Assembly: GCA_937901145.1 (NCBI GenBank)
Contig: CALCHE010000228.1
Location: 11,709-75,708 of the forward strand
Reading direction: 5' to 3'
Length of the DNA: 64,000 bases
DNA from: an uncultured Clostridia bacterium
GTDB taxonomy: Bacteria; Bacillota; Clostridia; Oscillospirales; Acutalibacteraceae
Below, one piece after another: positions 1-8,047 of this stretch. Within the stretch, counting starts at the first letter, position 1; each line of letters starts with the position of its first letter. Below the pieces are notes generated by a model. The model made no database searches and had not been told where the DNA came from. It saw only the letters and a program-made list of their open reading frames with translations. The translations under genes were made by a program, and so were the position numbers.

Positions 1-179
1 TAGTTTGCCATAGTTACAGCGTTCACGGGACAGATAGCATAGCAGTGACCGCACTGAATGCAGCGTTCATACATATATTCTGCCTTGCCGTCAATGAGTT
101 TAATTTTCTCTGAAACACAGTCTGCGACACATTTTCCGCAGCCGATGCATTTTTCTTTGTCGATAATAACAGGCTTCAT
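1..179 (-). CDS. 4Fe-4S ferredoxin-type domain protein, N-terminal part (gene runs off the window start)
   Basis: Reverse-strand ATG at 179-177. Hand translation MKPVIIDKEKCIGCGKCVADCVSEKIKLIDGKAEYMYERCIQCGHCYAICPVNAVTMAN shows two CxxCxxCxxxC cluster motifs. Absent from the ORF track because it is truncated. Confidence 0.6.
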   Translation of the reverse strand, partial: MKPVIIDKEKCIGCGKCVADCVSEKIKLIDGKAEYMYERCIQCGHCYAICPVNAVTMAN

Positions 180-297
180 AAAATTCTCCTTGTGTTTTAT
201 TATAGGAGAATTATATCAGTCTTATTTTTTATTGTCAATTTAATTTTTATTAAAACATAAGGGTGCAGTTCAGCTCTGCACCCTTGTCTGTTATAAT

Positions 298-2526
298 TTA
301 TTTTGTCGGAGGAGTGGTGGTAGCAGTTACTACGTCGATTATACCGCCTGTAGTCGCTACTTCTGATGTATTTTTCATGTCTTCCTCAGAAACTATAATG
401 CAGCTTCTTATTCTGTCGCCTGTGTCAAGATTATGCTCGATAATTTCGTTATTACCGATGGTGTAAAGAAGATTTCCGATGTATGTGCCTCGGAAAAGGT
501 CACTGAAATAATAGTCCCGATAGGTCACATTGTAGTCGCTACTGCTTACATTGTAATGGATGTAGCCAAGACTTTCTTTTATCTTGCCTTCTTCGATGGT
601 GAGGGTGTGAATACTATTTACGGTGTTTCCGTCACGGTAGTGGCTTACGGGAATACCTATCATATTTCTCTCTTTGTAGAAGAAGAGAGCCTTCGGGTTC
701 TCATTTACGAGAGAGTAAGCATCCCTGATAACGAAGGTGTCGGTTTCCTTCGGTTCTTTCTTGTCTCTTACATCGAAAACGGAAACCTTTACAGTGTCAA
801 ACTTAGCATTTTCGTCAGTTCCGTCATAGCCTATACCTACAAGATAGCCGTCAGCTATAGGGTGGATGTAGGTGGAATATCCCGGGATTTTCAGTTCACC
901 GGTAATTTCGGGCTTTGTCGGGTCAGAAAAGTCAATGATGAAAAGGGGGTCAGTATTATGGAATGTAACCACATAGCCTGTATCTCCCATAAAGCGCACA
1001 GCCTTTACCTGCTCATCCTTTGCGATGTCAGTAAGCTCACCGATGATGTTTAAGCTGTCGTCAAGAATATAAACACAGCTTACGTCCACTGCTTTTCGGT
1101 AGTCGTAGTAGGTAGCAGCTACACGGAGGTTGCCTTGATATTCGTCGAAGGAATACTGATTGAGACAGGTGCCTTTAAATGAGCCTGTGGCCTTGTGAGT
1201 AATCTCTGTGCCGTTAAGAGCGAAGGCGTTAACCACAGTTCTAACCGTTTCGTTATCGTCTCTGTTATAGTAATCAGCAGAATATACATAAAGATTTTTC
1301 GCTGTGGAGAAAATTTCAAATCCGTCACCCAGAACGGAAATGGCATCTACCTTACCTTCGGGTTTACTTGTGTCAAAGGCGGAAACTACGATATATCTCG
1401 TGCTGTCTTCATCTATCATATAGCATCTGGAATATGGTATACAGTCGCAGTTTACCTGAGGAATCGCATTCTTTTCTACCTCTTCTGCAGATGAGCCTCT
1501 TACGGTATAGTTGGTTACGGTATAGAGTATGCCGTCTACCATTCGAGAGGAAATGTAAGTGCCGTCCTGGTCGAAGCGTCTTATTTCCTTAGGTGCGTGT
1601 CTTTCACTGATGTCATAAATTACTGCATAGGTTTTCTCATTGTAGGTACAGACTGCAGTCAGTATGTCTCCGTCGAGATAAATATCCTGAATATACATGT
1701 CCGTGGTAAGGTCGCTGTGGTATTTTTCTGTGTTTCCTTTTTCTTTGATTTTTTCTAAAACCTCTGAATCCTTAAGCTCGATTTTCCCGCGGTAAACACG
1801 CTTCATTGATTCTGTGTCCACGATGGTGACAGCATTGGTATCCGAATAGCCTTTACCCGGGTAATTTACGATGTAAAGATATCTGCCGTCGTTTTTGATT
1901 ATGTCTCCCTCGTCTACATCGGTAACCTGTACATTGGTCGTGCCGTGAGGAACTGTGCCTGTGGCAGATTCACCTCGGTTTGCCTGTGCCTGAGGTACTG
2001 CTGTGGCAGCCATGGTAGGAGCCATATTCATGCTGTCTTCTGAAAGTGAATCAGTTGCCTCGTCGACGGTTGCTTCGAAAAGAACAATATCACTTGCATA
2101 GTTTATCACAGTATCGACATACTGATCAATTTTACCCTCGGCATACATTTTTACGAAATGGTTTTTAAGATCCTTTTCGCTTTTGGCCACCTTAAGGTTT
2201 GTTGATGTCGGTGCTTCTTTCTTTTCTTCTGTTTCCGGTTGTTCGTTATTCTGCTGCTCACTCGGAAGTACAGCAGGTGCAGTGGTGGGTGTACTCTGAT
2301 CTTCCACATCTACGAACTCACTTCTGAGACTTAATGAAAATACCGCTACGGTAATGATTGCGAGCATTGCTGCCGCAGAAAGCACCTTAGGTAAAATCTT
2401 TACCTTGACTTTCTTTTCGGGCGTGATACCTTTCTCTTGGAGCATTTTTATCATATTATTCTTCGAAAGGCTTTCGGGAAGCTCGATTTCTTTTTCGAAT
2501 TCTTCTTTTAATATATCTTTTTTCAT
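298..2526 (-). CDS. Membrane-anchored beta-propeller-domain protein, probable anti-sigma partner of the upstream ECF sigma
   Basis: 742-aa ORF. Short N-terminal cytoplasmic segment, one TM helix (LSAAAMLAIITVAVFSLSL), then a large extracytoplasmic domain with Beta_propel-type signatures (TNVQVTDVDEGDIIKNDGRYLYIV, NQYSFDEYQGNLRVAAT, VRFMGDTGYVVTFHNTDPLFIIDFSDPTKPEITGELKIPGYSTYIHP). Its start overlaps the sigma gene stop (ATGA, 2523-2526). Confidence 0.8.
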   Translation of the reverse strand: MKKDILKEEFEKEIELPESLSKNNMIKMLQEKGITPEKKVKVKILPKVLSAAAMLAIITVAVFSLSLRSEFVDVEDQSTPTTAPAVLPSEQQNNEQPETEEKKEAPTSTNLKVAKSEKDLKNHFVKMYAEGKIDQYVDTVINYASDIVLFEATVDEATDSLSEDSMNMAPTMAATAVPQAQANRGESATGTVPHGTTNVQVTDVDEGDIIKNDGRYLYIVNYPGKGYSDTNAVTIVDTESMKRVYRGKIELKDSEVLEKIKEKGNTEKYHSDLTTDMYIQDIYLDGDILTAVCTYNEKTYAVIYDISERHAPKEIRRFDQDGTYISSRMVDGILYTVTNYTVRGSSAEEVEKNAIPQVNCDCIPYSRCYMIDEDSTRYIVVSAFDTSKPEGKVDAISVLGDGFEIFSTAKNLYVYSADYYNRDDNETVRTVVNAFALNGTEITHKATGSFKGTCLNQYSFDEYQGNLRVAATYYDYRKAVDVSCVYILDDSLNIIGELTDIAKDEQVKAVRFMGDTGYVVTFHNTDPLFIIDFSDPTKPEITGELKIPGYSTYIHPIADGYLVGIGYDGTDENAKFDTVKVSVFDVRDKKEPKETDTFVIRDAYSLVNENPKALFFYKERNMIGIPVSHYRDGNTVNSIHTLTIEEGKIKESLGYIHYNVSSSDYNVTYRDYYFSDLFRGTYIGNLLYTIGNNEIIEHNLDTGDRIRSCIIVSEEDMKNTSEVATTGGIIDVVTATTTPPTK

Positions 2527-3068
2527 CTTAACACCTCATCTGTATGTAGCATCTGTCTTAATTTTTCCGTACTTCGCATAAGCTTAGAGCGTACTGTCGA
2601 GTCCTTGAGACTGAGCATCTTTCCTATTTCTTTACTGGTATAGCCGGAAATGTAAGAAAGAAGTATGATGGTCCGTTCTTCCTCTGTGAGCTTTTCGAGA
2701 GAATTTTTCAGACTGATTATTTCGCTCTGATCAGAATCCTCTCTGCATAAATCAATAAGTGAAGAAAGCTCGACCGTATCTCTTGACCTGATTTTTTCCG
2801 TGAGAGCTTTATTACAGCAGTTGTATAAAATTTTGAAAAGCCAGCTTTTGAAGGCTTCAGGCTTTTTCAGGGTACCTATTTTCTGAAAAGCTGTAAGCAC
2901 ACACTCACTTACACAGTCCTCGGCCAGGGGAGCAGAGCTTAAGTAATAAAAGGCGAACTTATACATATCCCTGCTGTAGGTCTCATAAAGAATTCCGAAG
3001 GCTTCAATATTTCCTTCTTTTGCTTTGATAACCAGATTGTTAATAATTTCTGAGCTCATATTTATCAC
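2523..3068 (-). CDS. ECF-type RNA polymerase sigma-70 family factor
   Basis: 181 aa with region 2 and region 4 organisation (C-terminal HTH YTSKEIGKMLSLKDSTVRSKLMRS). Translationally coupled to the downstream TM protein. Confidence 0.9.
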   Translation of the reverse strand: MINMSSEIINNLVIKAKEGNIEAFGILYETYSRDMYKFAFYYLSSAPLAEDCVSECVLTAFQKIGTLKKPEAFKSWLFKILYNCCNKALTEKIRSRDTVELSSLIDLCREDSDQSEIISLKNSLEKLTEEERTIILLSYISGYTSKEIGKMLSLKDSTVRSKLMRSTEKLRQMLHTDEVLR

Positions 3069-3194
3069 ATCCGTTCATACTATTAGATGAAAAAAGAATA
3101 TGTTCTGTTGCATTTATTTTACATAATTTTTTTCTGTTTTACAATAGTATCTTTTCATATACTATATATGACTCTGACCGTGAAAGGATTTTTT

Positions 3195-3356
3195 ATGGCT
3201 GATAAAGCGAAAAGAGACAGAATAATGAAAAAAGCACGTTCCGTAATAAAGGTAAGAACCGATGACGGACGCATTAAAAGTGATGTTAACGGCTCTTACA
3301 CAGGGGTTCCCTTCGACAAAAACGACAAACCCATACAGGATGCCGACGACCTCTGA
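3195..3356 (+). CDS. Small basic/acidic hypothetical protein (53 aa)
   Basis: Internal ATG of the 3087..3356 ORF, preceded by GAAAGGA 7 nt upstream. Product MADKAKRDRIMKKARSVIKVRTDDGRIKSDVNGSYTGVPFDKNDKPIQDADDL. The upstream 36 codons of the track ORF lie in AT-rich promoter DNA. No family recognised. Confidence 0.4.
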   Translation: MADKAKRDRIMKKARSVIKVRTDDGRIKSDVNGSYTGVPFDKNDKPIQDADDL

Positions 3357-3403
3357 GAGTAAAAGGGGACTTAATATTTTTATGTGTCCTTACCGATGAG
3401 GCA

Positions 3404-3484
3404 GCGGGTCGAATGAAAGCCCTGCGGGCTTTCCGCGGCTTCCCTACGGAAAGCCGCCCCCCCGTAAACGGGGATTCGACCCGC
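3404..3484. other. Isolated GC-rich element foldable as a four-way junction (outer 11-bp stem plus three hairpins)
   Basis: Outer stem GCGGGTCGAAT (3404-3414) pairs with ATTCGACCCGC (3474-3484). It encloses GAAAGCCC-tgc-GGGCTTTC (3415-3433), GCGGCTTCC-ctac-GGAAAGCCGC (3435-3457) and CCCCG-taaa-CGGGG (3460-3473). The flanks are AT-rich. Confidence 0.45.
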
Positions 3485-3525
3485 GTCCGTCTTTTCATCA
3501 TTTATTATTTAATTTAATAAAAAGG

Positions 3526-3554
3526 TTGACTTTTGGAAAGCAATTCATTATAAT
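3526..3554 (+). promoter_or_regulatory. Sigma-A-type promoter for the Cys-rich secreted protein gene
   Basis: TTGACT (3526-3531), 17-nt spacer, TATAAT (3549-3554). Confidence 0.6.
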
Positions 3555-3611
3555 ATAGATGTTAAAAAGGTGTTTTATATATATTCACCGGAAATTCAGG
3601 AGGATTTTAAT

Positions 3612-4070
3612 ATGAAAAAAGCTCTTTCAATCTTAATGTCAATTCTTATAATTGCTCTTTCCTTTACATTCATCGCATCTGCTGTTGATGCTTGTCCCGA
3701 ATGCGGAAGTAAAGAACATAAAGCTGAAAAGTGTGGTTGCTGCTTATATTGCCCCAACCTCGACACTGCACTTGTTGTTCCCTGTCTCAGAGACGGTGCA
3801 GGCATAAAAAAGGATCATAACGGCGAGATTGCATTCTGTTGTGGCGATTGTGACGGTTGGTATCCTTGCGACTGTAGCTGTGACTGCTGTGTAAAGGGTG
3901 CTTCCGATTTCGAAAACTCAAACAATAATCAGATATTAAATGAAAATCAGCAGCAGCAGGTTATCAGCGGTTTCCAGGCAGTTATGGCTCGTCTTCGTGA
4001 GTTCTTCGACAAACTCTTTGATACTATCTTCGAATTCTTAAGATTCGACGAAATTATGGGTAACAACTGA
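3612..4070 (+). CDS. Secreted Cys-rich protein (15 Cys) with a C-terminal amphipathic module related to the neighbouring small peptides
   Basis: ATG at 3612, 9 nt after GGAGG. Signal peptide MKKALSILMSILIIALSFTFIASA. Cys-dense core (CPEC, CGCC, FCCGDC, PCDCSCDCC), Asn/Gln linker, and tail FFDKLFDTIFEFLRFDEIMGNN. The track start at 3570 has no RBS. Confidence 0.8.
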   Translation: MKKALSILMSILIIALSFTFIASAVDACPECGSKEHKAEKCGCCLYCPNLDTALVVPCLRDGAGIKKDHNGEIAFCCGDCDGWYPCDCSCDCCVKGASDFENSNNNQILNENQQQQVISGFQAVMARLREFFDKLFDTIFEFLRFDEIMGNN

Positions 4071-4087
4071 TAAACAAATAATACATA

Positions 4088-4117
4088 AGAGACTGTCTTC
4101 GGACGGTCTCTTTTTTT
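4088..4117 (+). terminator. Intrinsic terminator
   Basis: AGAGACTGTC-ttcg-GACGGTCTCT followed by TTTTTT. Confidence 0.85.
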
Positions 4118-4159
4118 GTTAAAAAGCAGATAAAATATTAATTATTTTTGAATAAACTA

Positions 4160-4188
4160 TTGACTTTTTTATTTCTATCATATATAAT
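4160..4188 (+). promoter_or_regulatory. Sigma-A-type promoter for the P1-P2 peptide bicistron
   Basis: TTGACT (4160-4165), 17-nt spacer, TATAAT (4183-4188). Confidence 0.6.
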
Positions 4189-4239
4189 TTAAGCATATTA
4201 AGGGAAACCTTGATAAATTTAAAAAGGAGGCACACAATA

Positions 4240-4371
4240 ATGGAAAAATTCACTGAAATTCTCAAGCTCGTTCTTAACTATTTCTGGGAAATCTTCAAGT
4301 TCTGGGAAATCATCCCCGGCGATCTCGCTGACAAGATTGAAGACGAAGCTGACAAAGCAGCTCAGAACTAA
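4240..4371 (+). CDS. Small peptide P1 (43 aa), aromatic amphipathic N-terminal part plus acidic tail, no signal peptide
   Basis: AAAGGAGG then 8 nt to ATG. MEKFTEILKLVLNYFWEIFKFWEIIPGDLADKIEDEADKAAQN. Below the 60-aa cutoff of the ORF track. Confidence 0.6.
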   Translation: MEKFTEILKLVLNYFWEIFKFWEIIPGDLADKIEDEADKAAQN

Positions 4372-4418
4372 TTTAACTGATTAATTTAATCAAAAAATAC
4401 TTATAGGAGGAACACAAT

Positions 4419-4550
4419 AATGGATTGGGCAAAAAACTTTGCTGAAATGTGGGAACGTCTTTGGGACCTTCTTATTTTCCCCATTCTTAAAATGTTTGGC
4501 ATTGAAAAGAATGAAGACGGCAACCTTGAATACGTAGAAAAAGCTGAATA
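4419..4550 (+). CDS. Small peptide P2 (43 aa), same family as P1
   Basis: TAGGAGG then 8 nt to ATG. Its initiation region aggaggaacacaataatgga differs at one position from that of P1 (aggaggcacacaataatgga). MDWAKNFAEMWERLWDLLIFPILKMFGIEKNEDGNLEYVEKAE. Confidence 0.6.
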
Positions 4551-4580
4551 ATTCTATCTGAATTAAACAATTGTTTAAGG

Positions 4581-4615
4581 ACACAACCCACCTTTCGGTG
4601 GGTTGTGTTTTTTTC
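4581..4615 (+). terminator. Intrinsic terminator after P2
   Basis: ACACAACCCACC-tttc-GGTGGGTTGTGT (12-bp perfect stem) followed by a T-run. Confidence 0.9.
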
Positions 4616-4625
4616 TTTCTAAATA

Positions 4626-4654
4626 TTGACATTTCTGAGCAGTAGTTATATAAT
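4626..4654 (+). promoter_or_regulatory. Sigma-A-type promoter for peptide P3
   Basis: TTGACA (4626-4631), 17-nt spacer, TATAAT (4649-4654). Confidence 0.6.
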
Positions 4655-4686
4655 TATATTGTAATAATTATTGCAGGAGGAACTGT

Positions 4687-4791
4687 ATGATGAAAAACAT
4701 TGAAGCTTACTTTAAAGGTGTCGTTGACTGGATAGAGAGACTTTTCACTATTATTTTCGAATTCCTCGGCGATATCGGAGTAGAGGCATAA
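4687..4791 (+). CDS. Small peptide P3 (34 aa), same family
   Basis: GCAGGAGG then 6 nt to ATG. MMKNIEAYFKGVVDWIERLFTIIFEFLGDIGVEA. The segment RLFTIIFEFLGD matches KLFDTIFEFLRFD at the C-terminus of the 3612 protein, and both share the DNA string TTCGAATTC. Confidence 0.6.
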   Translation: MMKNIEAYFKGVVDWIERLFTIIFEFLGDIGVEA

Positions 4792-4806
4792 AATTGTTTA
4801 AAGTTT

Positions 4807-4840
4807 AAGAGACTGTTCATAACGAACAGTCTCTTCTTTT
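4807..4840. terminator. Bidirectional intrinsic terminator (P3 on +, dnaJ on -)
   Basis: AAGAGACTGTTC-ataac-GAACAGTCTCTT followed by CTTTTTT. The stem sequence resembles the terminator at 4088. Confidence 0.8.
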
Positions 4841-6025
4841 TTATCTGAACTTGTCGAAAAATCTTTTCTTTTCTTCACCGATAGTAGTGCCGTCGTCGAT
4901 ATTGTTCTTCGGCTTATTGGGGAGAGAATCGTTGAATTTTCTGAGCATTTCCTTCTGCTCGTTTGTGAGAGATTTCGGAACCTCTACCACGATTTTAACG
5001 AACTGGTCACCCTTACTGCGTGCGGAAAGCTGCTGAATACCTCTGCCTCTGAATCGGAAAACTTCTCCGGGCTGTGTTCCTGCGGGAAGGTCATATTTTA
5101 CCTTTCCGTCGAGAGTGGGGATGTAGAGCGTGTCACCGAGTGCCGCCTGAGCATAGGTTACGGGAACCTCACACCACACATTGAAGCCGTCACGCTCGAA
5201 GAAGGGATGGGGACGTACATTTACGTTTACACGAAGGTCGCCTGCAGGACCGCCGTTTACACCGGGATTACCGCCGCCGCTTACATTAAGTGACTGTCTG
5301 TCATCGATACCTGCGGGGATATTGATTTCCACGGTCTGAGGCTTGGATTCGAGACCTGTGCCGCGACATTTCTGACAGGGTGTTTTGACGATTTTACCCT
5401 TACCGCCGCATTCGTTGCACTGTCTGGTAGTGCTCATAACACCGAAGGCTGTTCTCTGCTGTATGTTTACCTGACCTCTGCCGTGACAGGTAGGACAGGT
5501 TTCCGGTGAGGTACCCTTAGCGGCACCTGAGCCGTCACATTCCTTACATTTTTCTACTCTGGTTATGTTTACCTTTTTCTTACAGCCCTTTGCCGCTTCC
5601 TCGAAGGAAATGGTTACATTGGTCTGAATGGTTGAGCCTTTACGGGGAGCGTTGGGGTTCTGCTGTCTGCCGCCGCCAAAGCCTCCGAAACCGCCGAAGC
5701 CGCCTCCGAACATACTGCCTAAAATATCTCCGAGGTCAAAATCTCCGCCAAATCCACCGAAACCGCCGCCGAAGCCGCCTGCACCGAAGTTGGGGTCTAC
5801 GCCTGCATGGCCATACTGGTCATATCTTGCCTTTTTATCGCTGTCAGAAAGCACCTCATAGGCCTCGTTTGCTTCCTTAAACTTAGCTTCAGCTGTGGCA
5901 TCACCAGGATTAAGGTCGGGATGATACTGCTTAGCGAGCTTACGGTATGCTTTTTTTATTTCATCCTCTGAAGCTCCCTTGCTTACGCCGAGGACTTCAT
6001 AGTAGTCGCGTTTATTTTCTGCCAT
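4841..6025 (-). CDS. dnaJ: Molecular chaperone DnaJ
   Basis: J-domain with HPD (KQYHPDLNP), Gly/Phe-rich linker, four CxxCxGxG zinc-finger repeats. Confidence 0.97.
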   Translation of the reverse strand: MAENKRDYYEVLGVSKGASEDEIKKAYRKLAKQYHPDLNPGDATAEAKFKEANEAYEVLSDSDKKARYDQYGHAGVDPNFGAGGFGGGFGGFGGDFDLGDILGSMFGGGFGGFGGFGGGRQQNPNAPRKGSTIQTNVTISFEEAAKGCKKKVNITRVEKCKECDGSGAAKGTSPETCPTCHGRGQVNIQQRTAFGVMSTTRQCNECGGKGKIVKTPCQKCRGTGLESKPQTVEINIPAGIDDRQSLNVSGGGNPGVNGGPAGDLRVNVNVRPHPFFERDGFNVWCEVPVTYAQAALGDTLYIPTLDGKVKYDLPAGTQPGEVFRFRGRGIQQLSARSKGDQFVKIVVEVPKSLTNEQKEMLRKFNDSLPNKPKNNIDDGTTIGEEKKRFFDKFR

Positions 6026-6103
6026 TTAATTTATCTTCCTCTCAAAGAGTGAAATCATAACACGGGCTGTCCGCTAAGGAACAGCCCATATCTTTTATCT
6101 TGA

Positions 6104-7987
6104 TCAGTTAGCGTCTGTAAAGTTTGCATCGGTGTAGCCGGCATCTGTGTAACCGCCATTGTCAGCAGCACCGCCGAAATCACCCTGATTGAAGCCGCCC
6201 TGAGCACCAGCGAAGTCATTGGGGTTGAAGCCCTGTGCACCCTGAGGATTAGCCTGCTGGTACATCTTTTCGCTGAGCTTGTAGAATGCCTGAGTGAGAG
6301 CTTCCTTTTCGTTTTTGATGAGGTTGATATCCTCGCCCTTGAGAGCATTCTTAAGAGAATCTATCTTAGCCTGGATGTCAGCCTTGTCGTTTTCATCCAA
6401 AGCCTTTGCGGCGTCTTCTGAAAGGATTTTTTCGCACTGGTAAACCATCTGGTCTGCTTCGTTTCTTGCGTCGATTTCCTCACGGCGTTTTTTGTCTTCC
6501 TGAGCAAACTGTTCAGCTTCTCTTACTGCCTTTTCGATATCTTCCTTGGACATATTTGTGCTGGAGGTAATGGAGATTGACTGCTCTTTACCTGTGCCGA
6601 GGTCCTTAGCGGAAACGTGAACGATACCGTTAGCATCGATGTCGAAGGTTACTTCGATCTGAGGAACACCGCGGCGTGCGGGCATAATGCCGTCGAGGCT
6701 GAATACGCCGAGAGTTTTGTTATCTCTTGCGAATTCGCGTTCACCCTGAAGCACGTGAACCTCTACTGAAGGCTGATTATCTACTGCTGTGGAGAAAATC
6801 TGGCTCTTCTTTGTGGGGATGGTTGTATTTCTTTCGATAACCTTTGTGTTGATACCGCCCATAGTTTCGATACCGAGTGAAAGGGGAGTAACGTCGAGGA
6901 GAAGAAGACCCTTAACGTCGCCGCCTAAAACACCGGCCTGAAGTGAAGCACCGATAGCTACACATTCGTCGGGGTTGATGCCCTTGAAGGGTTCCTTACC
7001 GATGTACTTTTTGATAGCTTCGCTTACTGCGGGAATTCTGGAAGAACCGCCGACCATAAGCACCTTGTCGATCTGATTTACGCTGAGGCCTGAGTCAGAG
7101 ATAGCCTGACGAACGGGACCCATAGTAGCTTCGACAAGATCAGCTGTAAGCTCGTTGAACTTAGCTCTGGTGAGAGTCATTTCCAGGTGAAGAGTGTTAC
7201 CTGCAGCATCTACAGTGATGTAGGGGAGTGAGATAGATGTGGAAGTGATGCCTGAAAGCTCTATTTTAGCCTTTTCTGCAGCTTCCTTAAGTCTCTGCAT
7301 AGCCATTTTATCACCGCGAAGGTCTACGCCTTCTTCAGCCTTATATGAAGATACCATCCAGTCGATGATTCTCTGGTCGAAGTCGTCACCGCCGAGACGG
7401 TTGTTACCTGCAGTAGCTAAAACCTCCTGAACACCGTCGCCCATTTCGATGATGGAAACGTCGAATGTACCGCCGCCGAGGTCGTAAACCATAACCTTCT
7501 GGTCAGCTTCCTTGTCGATACCGTAGGCAAGAGCAGCAGCAGTGGGCTCGTTAATAATTCTCTTTACCTCGAGACCTGCGATTTTACCTGCGTCCTTGGT
7601 AGCCTGTCTCTGAGCATCGGTGAAGTAAGCGGGAACAGTGATAACAGCTTCTGTAACTGTGTCGCCGAGATATGCTTCAGCATCTGCTTTAAGCTTCTGA
7701 AGAATCATAGCGGAAATTTCCTGGGGAGTGTAGTTTTTACCGTCGATGGAAACCTGATAGTTTGAACCCATCTGACGTTTGATAGAAGAGATAGTTCTTT
7801 CAGGATTTTTAACAGCCTGTCTTTTAGCTACCTGACCGATCATTCTTTCGCCTGTCTTTGAAAAAGCAACTACTGAGGGAGTAGTTCTTGCGCCTTCTGC
7901 GTTAGCGATAACTACGGGCTCGCCGCCTTCGATAACTGCTACGCATGAGTTTGTAGTACCTAAGTCAATACCGATAATCTTTGCCAT
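6104..7987 (-). CDS. dnaK: Molecular chaperone DnaK (Hsp70)
   Basis: [24 protein letters not shown] and the rest of the Hsp70 signatures. 627 aa. Confidence 0.98.
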   Translation of the reverse strand: MAKIIGIDLGTTNSCVAVIEGGEPVVIANAEGARTTPSVVAFSKTGERMIGQVAKRQAVKNPERTISSIKRQMGSNYQVSIDGKNYTPQEISAMILQKLKADAEAYLGDTVTEAVITVPAYFTDAQRQATKDAGKIAGLEVKRIINEPTAAALAYGIDKEADQKVMVYDLGGGTFDVSIIEMGDGVQEVLATAGNNRLGGDDFDQRIIDWMVSSYKAEEGVDLRGDKMAMQRLKEAAEKAKIELSGITSTSISLPYITVDAAGNTLHLEMTLTRAKFNELTADLVEATMGPVRQAISDSGLSVNQIDKVLMVGGSSRIPAVSEAIKKYIGKEPFKGINPDECVAIGASLQAGVLGGDVKGLLLLDVTPLSLGIETMGGINTKVIERNTTIPTKKSQIFSTAVDNQPSVEVHVLQGEREFARDNKTLGVFSLDGIMPARRGVPQIEVTFDIDANGIVHVSAKDLGTGKEQSISITSSTNMSKEDIEKAVREAEQFAQEDKKRREEIDARNEADQMVYQCEKILSEDAAKALDENDKADIQAKIDSLKNALKGEDINLIKNEKEALTQAFYKLSEKMYQQANPQGAQGFNPNDFAGAQGGFNQGDFGGAADNGGYTDAGYTDANFTDAN

Positions 7988-8047
7988 AATATAATACCTC
8001 CGAATATAATTTACATTTTAATTTTTGTTTTATGTTAAACTGAAAAA

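Noticed and set aside
3087-3194. N-terminal extension of the 3087-3356 ORF (MKKEYVLLHLFYIIFF...). The same issue applies to the track starts at 3570, 13580, 10682, 18136, 20514, 30703, 37539, 47976, 50057, 58720, 59462, 32048 and 55214.
   Set aside because: The extensions lie in AT-rich promoter or terminator DNA or inside the preceding gene, and they lack an SD. In each case an internal ATG with a proper SD matches the conserved N-terminus of the family.
3286-3501. 71-aa Arg-rich reverse-strand ORF.
   Set aside because: It is an artefact of reading through the GC-rich structured element. It has no RBS and overlaps the more plausible + strand 53-aa ORF.
4390-4632. 80-aa reverse-strand ORF across the P2 region.
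   Set aside because: It runs antisense through the P2 gene and straight through the 12-bp terminator hairpin and the P3 promoter. It has no RBS. The + strand small ORFs, with SD, promoter and terminator, explain the region better.
3612-4791. Reading the Cys-rich protein and P1-P3 as a RiPP (lanthipeptide/sactipeptide) or as class II double-glycine bacteriocin precursors.
   Set aside because: The Cys-rich protein has a Sec signal rather than a leader. P1-P4 contain no Cys, Ser or Thr pattern for such modification. They have no N-terminal double-glycine leader, because their Gly follows the hydrophobic part. No LanB/C/M, radical-SAM, C39-peptidase ABC transporter or immunity genes are nearby.
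4240-4791. Reading P1-P3 as type I toxin-antitoxin toxins.
   Set aside because: Type I toxins are normally translationally repressed and paired with an antisense or overlapping sRNA. These genes have consensus promoters, optimal SDs and acidic soluble tails, and I see no convergent promoter. This is not excluded experimentally.
5590-5880. Pro/Lys-rich + strand ORFs (PPKPPKPP...).
   Set aside because: They are the antisense reading of the Gly/Phe-rich linker codons of dnaJ.
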